From a virus (lineage: Duplodnaviria > Caudoviricetes): a stretch of 27,367 nucleotides of DNA. A program made the translations under genes and the position numbers. Shown piece after piece: positions 9,418-18,711 of the stretch. The number at the start of each line of letters is the position of its first letter. The stretch's first letter is position 1. The stretch is taken from IMG/VR virus record IMGVR_UViG_3300006754_000123, positions 1 through 27,367 of that record; one strand, given 5' to 3'. A model generated the notes under the pieces. It saw only the letters and a program-made list of their open reading frames with translations, was not told the DNA's origin and ran no database searches.

Positions 9418-9771
9418 ATGTATGAGATTTTAGAAATTAACGACAAAGAGTTCGCTTGCAAGTTTGGCTTTAATGCGCTTAGGCGTTTCAGCCGACTTAC
9501 AAAAATGCCAATTTCCCAGCTGGAAATTTTAGGGGATAAAATGACACTTGATGAAGCTGTTATTTTAATTCACTGCGGAATTGCCGATGGACACCGCGCA
9601 GCAAAAAAAGACCTAGATTATTCAATAGATGATCTAGCAGATGACTTAGATACCGATATGGAAGCAATCGGGCGCGCGATGGATATTTTTGGAAACCAAA
9701 TGGGAAAAGATAGAATGGCTGGCGGTGACAAAGTTGCAAGCAACAAAAAAAAAGCAAAGGCCAAAAAGTAA
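9418..9771 (+). CDS. Tail assembly chaperone (lambda gpG analogue)
   Basis: Between tube and tape measure genes; KFGFNALR motif; ends in slippery A tracts. Confidence 0.85.
   Translation: MYEILEINDKEFACKFGFNALRRFSRLTKMPISQLEILGDKMTLDEAVILIHCGIADGHRAAKKDLDYSIDDLADDLDTDMEAIGRAMDIFGNQMGKDRMAGGDKVASNKKKAKAKK
9745..9768 (+). other. Programmed -1 frameshift site(s)
   Basis: A9 run at 9745-9753 and C-AAA-AAG at 9762-9768; -1 frame is open from here into the next ORF. Confidence 0.8.
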
Positions 9772-9791
9772 GGGAAACTACTTTTGATTAC

Positions 9792-10094
9792 TTGGAGGAA
9801 ATTGCGCTAGGACAATTAAATATGAGCTATGAGCAATTCTACGATATGACACCGCGCACTTTCTATAATGCCTTAGATGGTTTTATGGCTAAAAGGGAAC
9901 AGCAAGATCGAGCGGACTGGGAGCGATGTAGATGGCAAACTTGCTTACTATTAAATATCCACTTACCAAAACGCAACCAAATACATAGCCCGCAGCGCTT
10001 AATCAAATTCGAATGGGAAAAACAAATAAGCGAGATGACAAGCTATGAGCAAGAACTTAAAAAAATACAAACTTTAAAAAATAAAAATAGATAA
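9792..10094 (+). CDS. Tail assembly chaperone C-terminal part (gpT analogue, probably expressed as G-T fusion)
   Basis: Weak TTG start; -1 frame relative to upstream gene; EQFYDMTPR motif. Confidence 0.8.
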   Translation: MEEIALGQLNMSYEQFYDMTPRTFYNALDGFMAKREQQDRADWERCRWQTCLLLNIHLPKRNQIHSPQRLIKFEWEKQISEMTSYEQELKKIQTLKNKNR

Positions 10095-12931
10095 TGGACG
10101 CGGCAATGAATGTAAGGGTAGGAGCTAAAACGCAGCAATTCGAAAAGGCGATGAAGCGAATGTCTATGCGGATTAAAAGATTTGGCGGCCAAGTTAAAAG
10201 GATGGGCGCAAATATGACGCGGAACTTTACGATGCCGCTGGCTTTGGCGGCCGCAGCTAGTGTAAAACTGGCGCTTAGTTTTGAAAAGTCAATGACTAAA
10301 ATTCAAACGCTGGTAGGCGTTTCGGCTAAGGATGTCGGCCAACTAAAAAAAGAAGTTCTAGAATTAGGGGGGAAAACAGCGCAAGCCCCCGTCGAATTAG
10401 CTGAGGGGCTTTACTTTTTAACCAGTGCGGGCTTATCAACAGAGGGCGCGATGAAAGCTTTGGAGCAAGTTAGTAAAGGCGCAGCTGCGGGCTTAGGCGA
10501 ACAAGCCGATTTAGCCTTAGTTGCAGCCGCAGCGCAAAACGCTTACGGGGAAGGGACGCTTGATGCAACGGCCGCACTTGATGGCTTTGGCCAAATGGTT
10601 AAGACGGGGATGTTTGATGCCGCAGAATTATCCAAAGTGCTGGGCGTTCAATTAGGATTAGCTTCTAATTTAGGCGTAAAATTTGATGATGTTGGCGCTT
10701 TTATTTCTACCTATACAAGAACAACGGGAGACGCCACTGGCGCGTCTGTTGGCTTTGGGGCTGTTATGATGTCTTTTGCTAAAATTGCACCAATCCAAGA
10801 AAAGGCACTTGCTAAAATCAATATGAGTGCGGGAAGCTTGCGGGAGATGTTAAGTAAAAAAGGACTGCAAAAAACTTTACTTCATTTGCAAACAGAATTC
10901 AAAAAGAACGGAATGCAAATGTCCGAATTCTTTACAAAAAGTGGCGCACTAAAAGGCGTGATGGGGGTTCTTGGCGAATCTACTGAAAGTTATATAAGTA
11001 TTTTAAACCAAATGCAGACAAGTCAGGGCTTTGTCAATTCAGCTTTTGAGGAAACCGCCAAAACGAGCGCCTTCAAAATGGAGCAAGCCCTAAACAGCTT
11101 AAAAGTTGCGGCCACCGATTTGGGAACTATGCTTTTCCCCGTAGTTGAAAAGATAGCAGCAAAGATAAAATCGCTAACAGATTGGTGGAAGGGGTTAGAT
11201 GAAGCGGGGAAGCAAAATGTTTTGACTTGGGGCAAATGGATTATGTTAGCTGGACCGCTTCTTTCTATAGTGGGCGGAATGATTATAAATATAGGAGCAC
11301 TGATTCCTATTTTACTAAATGTAGCCAAAGGATTTCGAATGGTTACCGCAGCAATGTTATCCAATCCCTATTTAGCAGTCGGTGCGCTGGTGTCGGGATT
11401 TATTATTTATATGTCCACGCTAGGCAGAAAAACCCGCGAACTAACAAAGGATCAGAAAGCTTTTAATAAAAAGCTAAGAGAAACCAAAGCAATTATGACG
11501 CAAGTTGCGGGATTACAAAAAGAAGTTAAAAATATCGACTTACTTTCAAAAGAACAACGGGAGCAGCTTTTAGGAAAATTAAAATTACAAAAAGCAGACG
11601 CAGCAAATACACTGAAAAATATGAAAATATTTGCCAGAGAAAATGCTGGCTTTCAGGCGTTAGATCAAACAATATTAAAACTTCACAAATCATTAAAAGG
11701 AAAAGGAAAAGCAGAACAAGGAGGTATCTGGGCGCAGATTAAACTTTTAACAGAAGAATCCAACGAATTAGTAAAGGAAAATTTTGGGGAAACTTTCCAG
11801 AATGTAGCAAAACGCGCCAATCAATTAGCAAGAGATATTAAAAAAGTTGCTGGATCAATAAGCACATCGACTGAGGACTTAGGCGGTGATGATGTTGCTG
11901 GTGCTGGTGCTGGTGCTGGTGATACTGGCGAAGCAGAAGCAGAAGCAAAAAGAAAAAAAGAAGCGCTTGCAGCATCGCTAGAAAATGTGCGAAAATTGAA
12001 GCAAGAATTTAATGTATTAACGGCAAAAGATGAACAAGCCGCTGCGCTAGTTTCTTTAAATAATCAAGAAACAAACGCTTTGCTTGCCATAGAAGATACC
12101 GAAAATGCAGCCGCTGAAAAACTAGCAATAGAAGAAAACTTTACAGAAAAAAGAAAAAAGCTTTTAGCCGATCAAGCAGCCGACACTAAAAAGAACTTAG
12201 CCGAGCAAGAAACCGAATGGGAAAAAATGTTTTCAAAAATCAGCAAAGGCTATAACCAGATTGCTGATGTAGTGAATCAAGTGCTTGGCGCTATTGGTGG
12301 GATGTTAAGTGCGGAAGCCGATATGGAAAACGCTATTCTAGAAGAAAAGCACGCAAAAGAATTAGAGGATTATGATATTTGGATGGAACGGGAAACCGCC
12401 AAACTAGAAAATAAAGTAGGGAACAAAGCCGTAGAAGAAGCCGCGATGGTAGAACTAGAAAAAAAGGCCGCAGAAAAAAAAGCCAAACTAGAAGCAAAGC
12501 AAGAACGGGAAGCAAAAGCACTAAGAATAAAAGCTGCTAGAAGTGAAAAGAATATGAAAATTGCGAGTGCAATAATGGGAACAGCGCAAGCCGTAGTTAA
12601 TGCGCTAGGATCAGCGCCACCGCCTTTGAATTTCTTTCTTGCGGGCTTAGTTGGCGCAATGGGAGCAGCACAAATATCAATGATTGCAAGCACGCCAATC
12701 CCTTCAATGGCCGAGGGGGGATTAGCAATGGGCGACACGCTTGCGCGCGTAGGTGATTACGCTGGTGCGCAAAGCAATCCCGAAGTAATAGCGCCGCTTA
12801 ATAAACTCACGAGCTTAATAGGTGGGGGAAGTGGCGGCCGAATGGATATAAATATCACGGGCGAATTAAGCGGGAATGACTTAATATTAACAGAACAGCA
12901 AAGCGCAATAAATAGAAGTAGATTTGCATAA
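10094..12931 (+). CDS. Tail tape measure protein (TP901 family)
   Basis: 945 aa, helical and Ala-rich; NFTMPLA, FEKSMTKI, LAEGLYFLTSAG, C-terminal NPEVIAPLNKL. Confidence 0.95.
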   Translation: MDAAMNVRVGAKTQQFEKAMKRMSMRIKRFGGQVKRMGANMTRNFTMPLALAAAASVKLALSFEKSMTKIQTLVGVSAKDVGQLKKEVLELGGKTAQAPVELAEGLYFLTSAGLSTEGAMKALEQVSKGAAAGLGEQADLALVAAAAQNAYGEGTLDATAALDGFGQMVKTGMFDAAELSKVLGVQLGLASNLGVKFDDVGAFISTYTRTTGDATGASVGFGAVMMSFAKIAPIQEKALAKINMSAGSLREMLSKKGLQKTLLHLQTEFKKNGMQMSEFFTKSGALKGVMGVLGESTESYISILNQMQTSQGFVNSAFEETAKTSAFKMEQALNSLKVAATDLGTMLFPVVEKIAAKIKSLTDWWKGLDEAGKQNVLTWGKWIMLAGPLLSIVGGMIINIGALIPILLNVAKGFRMVTAAMLSNPYLAVGALVSGFIIYMSTLGRKTRELTKDQKAFNKKLRETKAIMTQVAGLQKEVKNIDLLSKEQREQLLGKLKLQKADAANTLKNMKIFARENAGFQALDQTILKLHKSLKGKGKAEQGGIWAQIKLLTEESNELVKENFGETFQNVAKRANQLARDIKKVAGSISTSTEDLGGDDVAGAGAGAGDTGEAEAEAKRKKEALAASLENVRKLKQEFNVLTAKDEQAAALVSLNNQETNALLAIEDTENAAAEKLAIEENFTEKRKKLLADQAADTKKNLAEQETEWEKMFSKISKGYNQIADVVNQVLGAIGGMLSAEADMENAILEEKHAKELEDYDIWMERETAKLENKVGNKAVEEAAMVELEKKAAEKKAKLEAKQEREAKALRIKAARSEKNMKIASAIMGTAQAVVNALGSAPPPLNFFLAGLVGAMGAAQISMIASTPIPSMAEGGLAMGDTLARVGDYAGAQSNPEVIAPLNKLTSLIGGGSGGRMDINITGELSGNDLILTEQQSAINRSRFA
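11897..11947 (+). repeat. In-frame microsatellites (GCTGGT)x4 and (GAAGCA)x3
   Basis: 11897-11920 and 11930-11947, encoding AGAGAGAG and EAEAEA in a tape measure linker. Confidence 0.85.
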
Positions 12932-12944
12932 AATACAAAGATAG

Positions 12945-15900
12945 ATGGCTACTACAATAAAATGGACAAGCATATTCAGGGGCGACACGGGAGATGCGTT
13001 CATAGTGCAGATTTTTGATGTAAACCATAACGGAAACCCGCGTCAATATACTTTGGGATCCAAGCCAGTAGAAATAAAATGGGACGGCAAAGGCGAAGAT
13101 CGGTTTTCCCCCATTATTGGATCTAGTGCAGTGGTGGAATTCGTTATTCAAAATGACACCGAGCGCGTTTATTGGCGTGATGTGTTTGCAAGTTACCAAG
13201 AACAAGAAGTTTTTCTTAGGGTATTAACTATTCCAGTGGATCCAGATATGCAAGGCGTGATCGTTTGGAGCGGCTGGCTTTTAGGAGATTTATGCACGGA
13301 AGAACAAGACGAATATCCGTGGTTACTGAAATTAAAATTCACCGACAGCATAGCTTTACTAAAAGATCATTTTTTTTGCGCTGATGACACCACTGAGCCG
13401 ATAACCAACTATGAAGATGAATATAATTCGTTCGCTTATTGGATCGTGGATAGTTTGAAAAAAATAAATGTAGGGGGGGATGGCGCTAGTTTTTTGGATT
13501 TAACACCTATTGGAAACGGCTCCCCGCTGAAAACTTTTGTCCATTGGTATAACAGCGAAGTTTCGCCAACTTCAATGTCTTATGATCCAATAGAAAAATT
13601 TGGATGCCGCCCGCGCCCCTTTTGGGATGTTAATGATGCTGGCCAAATAAAGCCGAAAAGTTGTTATGATGCGATCGAAATGTTTTGCAAAGTTTGGGGC
13701 GCGCGTTTTGTGTTTTTCAATAATAAATATCACTTTATTCAAATCAACTTTTATTTCCATTCTAATTATGATGTGCAAAGCACGCCCGCAATTAGAGATG
13801 GATACCTATACGATTGGGCGGTGGATAGTTCATTAGAAAAATTCGAAAGCGAAACGAATTTAGAATATGAAGCAAAGATTCGCCCCAGTTATTTTAAAAC
13901 TATGAACACATTGATGGGAGGAAAGCAAACTTTTTATCCGCCACTGAAACGAGTTTTTTCAACTTACGGGCGATGGATGGGGATAAACCTTTTAACAACT
14001 TGCCCCGCTACTGCTTCCACCAGTAATGTCGATGGCTGGCGCGGGAATTTAGATATGGGGGAAAGCTACGACTTAGGAACTTTTGAAGAAGATAGCACTA
14101 TGGTTTTTCGCCTTAAATGGCTTACAATAGTAACGAATCAGGGTGTAGGATATAATTCCAACGATAATATGCAAGGAAGTAATTTCCCAGTCGGATATAT
14201 GTTCGGCTATGCTGGCGCGCCCTATAACCCGCAAACCCCAGCCCCAGAGATGCAATGTATGCCCGAAATAAGATTCACTTTACAAATCACAAATATTGCG
14301 ACGGGCGATGTTAATGCGATCGGCTTTTGGACGACTGCGGGGGGGGGGTATTATCAAGCTCCAGGACTTGTCAATTGGACAAATTACTTATTAGATCCTT
14401 ATCCCACTTGCAAAGTGGATGGCACAGATCCCGCTTCTTGTGGTTGGATGACTGGTTCTTGGCCAACTACTATACAGCCGAACACCCTTAGCGACGTAGG
14501 GTTACAGCTGGAACTTAGCCCGACGGGAATTGCTGGGCTTGATGCGTCTGCGGGGGGCTATTCTTTGTCAATACATTTTTTTGATGTTACTGGCGGTGCA
14601 TCTTTTACTTCTGGCTCCTCTACTTATGGAAATAGCTGGGGATCTCCTCCGTGGTTTTGTGGAAGCACCTTTGGGGGATGGGGTGTTGCAAATGTTGGCG
14701 CTGGTTGGCTAGGCAGAATGAACGAAAAAAAAGATCTTTGGAACAGCGCGCGCGGGGCGTATATTGATGTCAAAGGATTAAACACTGGCACGCTTGGCGC
14801 AGATATAACTTATGATCCCGCGCTGCAAGGTTCTGCGTTATACCCAAGCGGATTAGAAGCTGGGATATTTCATATCGATGCGAACGGGCAATATACTGGC
14901 GCGCCTTTTACTTGGATCATAGATAATAATGGAACGGGGGCTAGTGTTGTCGCTTCCACTTTGGAATATAAAACTGGCGCTTTGCTGTTTGGCGACGGCC
15001 GACATACAAATAGTTTTGGCGCTATTAAATATGATGATGGATCGGGGGGCTGGGCTGATCCCGCTTATGAAGGATGGGCTAGGGATCTTCCTTCTGGCGG
15101 AGATTTTATTACAGAATTACTCGGAAAAGAAATTCTACTTGGCCAAATGAATCTCACTTCGAAATTCGAATTTACCATTACACGATCTGGAAAAGTGGTA
15201 AACGCTGGCCATATCCCACGAATTACACCGCTGACGCGCGTTCAATATAGGGGCTATAATTTACTTCCATTGCGCTGCGCGTGGAATTTAATAACCGACG
15301 AATGGAAGGGAAAATGGTTCGAAGTAAGTGAAGCGTCTGTCGATAATATCGCGCCAGCTGCTGATATGATTGGCGCGGGAAGTGCCGATATTGCTGGCGT
15401 TCCAGCGGGCGGATCTTTACAAAGGCGCGCCCCAAGTAATTCGGGCGGCGGTTTATTACTTACGCGAACCGCTTCCAATATAACTGCGGGCGCAATAATT
15501 TCAATTCCAATTAACCCTATCACAATAGGCCAGCTAGAATCAGACACAGATCAAGGATTAAGCGGAATCGCTTTATTAAAGGCGGGGGATAGGGTTTTAT
15601 TATTTGCCACGCTAACGGGAACACCAGCAGAATTTGAAGGAACAAATAGAAATTTTAAAATATATATACTTATTCTAACAGCCGATCAAAAATATGATGA
15701 CACAACGCTGTCCGTAGAAAGCGTGACTTTTGATTTGGATGTCGTGGCGGGAAGCGCCTTATATTTGCAACAAAGCGAGATCGCTCAAAAAGCGCTAGGT
15801 GCAAGGGCTATTAATGTTTTAGAACTAAGCCAGACACCGCAATGCTGGTATGATATAAGCGATGATTCTACGCTAACAATTACAGCACAAAACTTAGTTT

Positions 15901-16520
15901 CTGCAATAACTAACAAGGCCGTAGATGGAACTAACGATCTAACTTATGGCGGAGCGGCTGCGCTTTACGATGTTGCAACACTTAAAAAACCCAGTATTAA
16001 TTTCAATGGAACGGACAATTATTATACGCTTACGGGGCTATCTTCATTGCAAAATTTTGAGTTTTGGATGGTTATTCACCCAGACACCGACTGGCTAACG
16101 AATAACAATTATATGTCTTTCTTCGGGCATAGCAACGGCCAGAATTATATCCGAACCCAGAATGCGATTTCAAATTATCAATTTAAAGTTGGGAATGTAT
16201 CTAACAACACTGGCACGCTGCGCGCTTCAATCGTAGCTGGGAAAACTCAAATTATAAGATTTTTCCGTTCAGTTGCGGAAGGGGCAGAAGGGTATGATAT
16301 TATTGATTCAGTAGAAATAAACGGGATAGGAAGCGGCGACGCTTATACAGTGGAAGAATTTGCCGCCGACGGCACTTTTAGTAGAATAGGCGCACGGAAT
16401 ACTTTGGCCGAAGCATCTTTTTTGGATGGAAATATCGGCGAAATTTTAATGTATGATGAAACGCTTACACCAAACAACGCAGCAAAAATACTTAATTATT
16501 TACAAAATAAATGGCTCTAA
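12945..16520 (+). CDS. Large tail tip / receptor-binding protein with probable C-terminal ConA/LamG-like domain
   Basis: 1191 aa directly after tape measure; C-terminal WYD, INFNGTDNYY, RIGAR, GNIGEILMYDETL...YLQNKW pattern. Confidence 0.8.
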   Translation: MATTIKWTSIFRGDTGDAFIVQIFDVNHNGNPRQYTLGSKPVEIKWDGKGEDRFSPIIGSSAVVEFVIQNDTERVYWRDVFASYQEQEVFLRVLTIPVDPDMQGVIVWSGWLLGDLCTEEQDEYPWLLKLKFTDSIALLKDHFFCADDTTEPITNYEDEYNSFAYWIVDSLKKINVGGDGASFLDLTPIGNGSPLKTFVHWYNSEVSPTSMSYDPIEKFGCRPRPFWDVNDAGQIKPKSCYDAIEMFCKVWGARFVFFNNKYHFIQINFYFHSNYDVQSTPAIRDGYLYDWAVDSSLEKFESETNLEYEAKIRPSYFKTMNTLMGGKQTFYPPLKRVFSTYGRWMGINLLTTCPATASTSNVDGWRGNLDMGESYDLGTFEEDSTMVFRLKWLTIVTNQGVGYNSNDNMQGSNFPVGYMFGYAGAPYNPQTPAPEMQCMPEIRFTLQITNIATGDVNAIGFWTTAGGGYYQAPGLVNWTNYLLDPYPTCKVDGTDPASCGWMTGSWPTTIQPNTLSDVGLQLELSPTGIAGLDASAGGYSLSIHFFDVTGGASFTSGSSTYGNSWGSPPWFCGSTFGGWGVANVGAGWLGRMNEKKDLWNSARGAYIDVKGLNTGTLGADITYDPALQGSALYPSGLEAGIFHIDANGQYTGAPFTWIIDNNGTGASVVASTLEYKTGALLFGDGRHTNSFGAIKYDDGSGGWADPAYEGWARDLPSGGDFITELLGKEILLGQMNLTSKFEFTITRSGKVVNAGHIPRITPLTRVQYRGYNLLPLRCAWNLITDEWKGKWFEVSEASVDNIAPAADMIGAGSADIAGVPAGGSLQRRAPSNSGGGLLLTRTASNITAGAIISIPINPITIGQLESDTDQGLSGIALLKAGDRVLLFATLTGTPAEFEGTNRNFKIYILILTADQKYDDTTLSVESVTFDLDVVAGSALYLQQSEIAQKALGARAINVLELSQTPQCWYDISDDSTLTITAQNLVSAITNKAVDGTNDLTYGGAAALYDVATLKKPSINFNGTDNYYTLTGLSSLQNFEFWMVIHPDTDWLTNNNYMSFFGHSNGQNYIRTQNAISNYQFKVGNVSNNTGTLRASIVAGKTQIIRFFRSVAEGAEGYDIIDSVEINGIGSGDAYTVEEFAADGTFSRIGARNTLAEASFLDGNIGEILMYDETLTPNNAAKILNYLQNKWL

Positions 16521-16521
16521 A

Positions 16522-16689
16522 ATGAAAACAGATATAAAAGACACCTTAGAAATGATCGCTATAAATGGAACGGGAATAGGAATAAGCTTAACGGATATAG
16601 ATTCTATTTTAAGAACTTTGATATTATTGGCGACGCTGGTTTATACAATAATAAAAGTGCGCCACTTTATTAAGGACGGCAAAAGTTAA
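16522..16689 (+). CDS. Small membrane protein, putative holin
   Basis: 55 aa from ATG 16522; hydrophobic ILRTLILLATLVYTII and basic C-terminus; first gene of lysis cassette. Confidence 0.6.
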   Translation: MKTDIKDTLEMIAINGTGIGISLTDIDSILRTLILLATLVYTIIKVRHFIKDGKS

Positions 16690-16692
16690 AAT

Positions 16693-17145
16693 ATGAAATG
16701 CGCCTTAAATTTTATAAAAAAGGTTATTAAAAAAAACCAAATTTTAGAAGCAAATTTACTTATCATTAGAAATACTTTTAGTAAAAAATCAACCTTAGGA
16801 ACGCTTTATTTAAATGGCGGCTTATACTGGCAGACGCTGGAACTGCCTTATAAAGATAACGAAAGGCGCGTGAGTTGCATCCCAGCTGGCCGATATAAAG
16901 TAAAGAAACGCAGTGCGGAAGAAAGCACGAAATATAAATATGAACACTTAATTGTAGAAGATGTTCCAAATAGAAAATATATCTTATTCCATATCGGGAA
17001 TTATCCGCACGATACAAGCGGCTGTATTTTAGTTGGCGAAACTTTTGCTAGGGACTTCATTGGAAATAGCACTGCGGGCTTTACAAAACTTATGCAAGAA
17101 TTACAAGGTTACAATCAAATAAATTTAATAATCAAAAACCAATAG
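16693..17145 (+). CDS. DUF5675-family protein, putative endolysin
   Basis: TLELP...SCIPAGRY...VPNR..ILFHIGN...DTSGCILVG signature; flanked by two membrane proteins. Confidence 0.8.
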   Translation: MKCALNFIKKVIKKNQILEANLLIIRNTFSKKSTLGTLYLNGGLYWQTLELPYKDNERRVSCIPAGRYKVKKRSAEESTKYKYEHLIVEDVPNRKYILFHIGNYPHDTSGCILVGETFARDFIGNSTAGFTKLMQELQGYNQINLIIKNQ

Positions 17146-17147
17146 AA

Positions 17148-17342
17148 ATGAAAAATTACATTTTAACTAAACTTCTAACTTCCAAAAAAGTATGGCTCGG
17201 AATAGCTTCTATCATCATTCCAATAATAGCAAGCGCACTAAATGTAGATGAAGCAAGCGTGAGTCAAATCTGGTGGAGCTTAATTGCGATGCTTGGCGGC
17301 CAATCCTTAGCGGATTTCGGTAAAGAAGCAAAGAAAAAATAA
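17148..17342 (+). CDS. Putative holin (two hydrophobic segments)
   Basis: LTSKKVWL motif, two TM-like segments, C-terminal KEAKKK. Confidence 0.7.
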   Translation: MKNYILTKLLTSKKVWLGIASIIIPIIASALNVDEASVSQIWWSLIAMLGGQSLADFGKEAKKK

Positions 17343-17343
17343 A

Positions 17344-18093
17344 TTGGAATTTCGCCCACGATTATCAAGGCGCGAATACGATTTAATAAAGCAACACCGC
17401 AGCGCTGGGAATGTGGGAATTATTGGAGATACTCACGAACCTTTTTGCGTAGCTGGTTACCGAAATTTCTGTTATGATTTATTTGATCATTACGGGTGCA
17501 GCACCATAATTCACATCGGAGATGAGGTGGATAACCACGCACTAAGCTATCACGAAAACGCTGAGGGAAGTTTAGATGCTTTGCGTGAAGCAGAACTAGC
17601 ACAAGCGGCGATGGACAAATGGTATGCAACATTTGACCGCGTGAAAGTATGCGTCGGCAATCATTCGGCTTTGCCGTTCCGTAAGGCGACAACGCACGGA
17701 ATTCCAAAGCGTTTTTTGAAAAGCTACGAACAGATTTGGAAAGCACCAAAGGGCTGGACGTGGGATATGCAATACGAAATAGATGGCGTGCTTTACGAAC
17801 ACGGAACGGGAAGCAGTGGTATAAATGGCGCTAGGAATAGAGCCATCGCTAATAGACAAAGCACCACGATTGGACACTTGCATTCTGCTGGCGGGGTGAG
17901 TTATATGGCCAGCCGCAATGATATTATCTTTGGACTAAATGTAGGATGCGGCTTTGATGTTAGTAGTTACGCGGCAAGCTATGGAAAGCACTTTCCACGC
18001 AAGCCAACAATCGGCGCGGGTGTAGTTTTATCGGGCGGCAAAGTGGGCTTCTTTATTCCTATGGATTTGGGAAGCAAAATATATAGAAAATAA
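17344..18093 (+). CDS. Calcineurin-like metallophosphoesterase
   Basis: GDTHEP, HIGDEVD, GNH, EHG and GHLH motifs in canonical order. Confidence 0.9.
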   Translation: MEFRPRLSRREYDLIKQHRSAGNVGIIGDTHEPFCVAGYRNFCYDLFDHYGCSTIIHIGDEVDNHALSYHENAEGSLDALREAELAQAAMDKWYATFDRVKVCVGNHSALPFRKATTHGIPKRFLKSYEQIWKAPKGWTWDMQYEIDGVLYEHGTGSSGINGARNRAIANRQSTTIGHLHSAGGVSYMASRNDIIFGLNVGCGFDVSSYAASYGKHFPRKPTIGAGVVLSGGKVGFFIPMDLGSKIYRK

Positions 18094-18140
18094 ATGTTAA
18101 AAACATTGATGGAGTTTTAAAATAGTAAAGCTTATTTTAT

Positions 18141-18148
18141 TATTTTTG
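18141..18148 (+). promoter_or_regulatory. Candidate -7 promoter motif TATTTTTG
   Basis: Exact TAnnTTTG followed by CA; no + strand ORF before the terminator. Confidence 0.45.
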
Positions 18149-18151
18149 CAG

Positions 18152-18239
18152 TTCTTGAAAATTTGTTTTGTTTTCATAATGCAAAACTTGTTACTTGTTT
18201 TAGTTGATAGAAGCCCTAGTTAATAGCTGGGGCTTTTTT
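18152..18239 (+). ncRNA. Candidate antisense small RNA
   Basis: Promoter-like motif, U-rich body and terminator; segments complementary to early-gene leaders. Confidence 0.4.
18211..18239 (+). terminator. Rho-independent terminator closing the late operon
   Basis: AAGCCCTAGTT-AAT-AGCTGGGGCTT stem running into a T6 tract. Confidence 0.8.
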
Positions 18240-18363
18240 CAGTTGGCACAGCCCCCACGCTAAAAATCGCCTAAATTTTGGCCTTATTTTTATGCTAATT
18301 GTAAAAAAAAACGCTTCTAACCTAGTAAAAAAAGTTAATAAAATGAAGCTAATAAAAAAAATT

Positions 18364-18377
18364 TGCGTATTATTGCA
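18364..18377 (+). promoter_or_regulatory. Candidate early promoter element TGCGTATTATTGCA
   Basis: Near match to TAnnTTTG about 30 nt before the first early gene; pattern shared with 2563-2576. Confidence 0.45.
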
Positions 18378-18405
18378 GGATTATTAATCAATTATAACAA
18401 AGAAA

Positions 18406-18627
18406 ATGACAATTACTAAAAACGGCTTCAATTTCACGGTAGTTCAACAAACACAACACTACAACGGAACAACTTGGGAAAATAAAAAGGTAGTAGAAAT
18501 AACCCCAACCGAACAAACTTGGTATGACTTACAAGATAATGGAGGACTTGAAAACTACCCTGAATATCATACAAGAGATGTAGATGAAACTTTAGAAGAA
18601 ATAGTTTACGACATAACAACAATATAA
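18406..18627 (+). CDS. Hypothetical early protein
   Basis: 73-aa acidic ORF with A-rich leader. Confidence 0.7.
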   Translation: MTITKNGFNFTVVQQTQHYNGTTWENKKVVEITPTEQTWYDLQDNGGLENYPEYHTRDVDETLEEIVYDITTI

Positions 18628-18656
18628 GTAATAGGGGGGGGGTGTAAAAGCCCCCC

Positions 18657-18701
18657 ACTAAAAACAATAACGGCAAAAGCCCTAGCCAACTAATATAGGC
18701 A
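18657..18701 (+). repeat. 45-bp leader repeat, copy 1
   Basis: ACTAAAAACAATAACGGCAAAAGCCCTAGCCAACTAATATAGGCA; 41/45 identical to 18974-19018. Confidence 0.92.
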
Positions 18702-18711
18702 CACAAAAACA

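Noticed and set aside
11897-11947. Tape measure microsatellites as phase-variation switches
   Set aside because: Units are 6 bp and in frame, so copy-number change would only alter linker length
11227-15150. Alternate-frame + strand ORFs at 11227, 14530 and 14929
   Set aside because: Nested within tape measure or tail genes with no independent coding evidence
12945-16520. Diversity-generating retroelement target at the tail protein tip
   Set aside because: No reverse transcriptase and no template repeat seen in the window
16453-16521. Track start of the 78-aa ORF at 16453
   Set aside because: Overlaps the tail gene by 68 nt; the in-frame ATG at 16522 follows the tail stop by 1 nt and is more plausible
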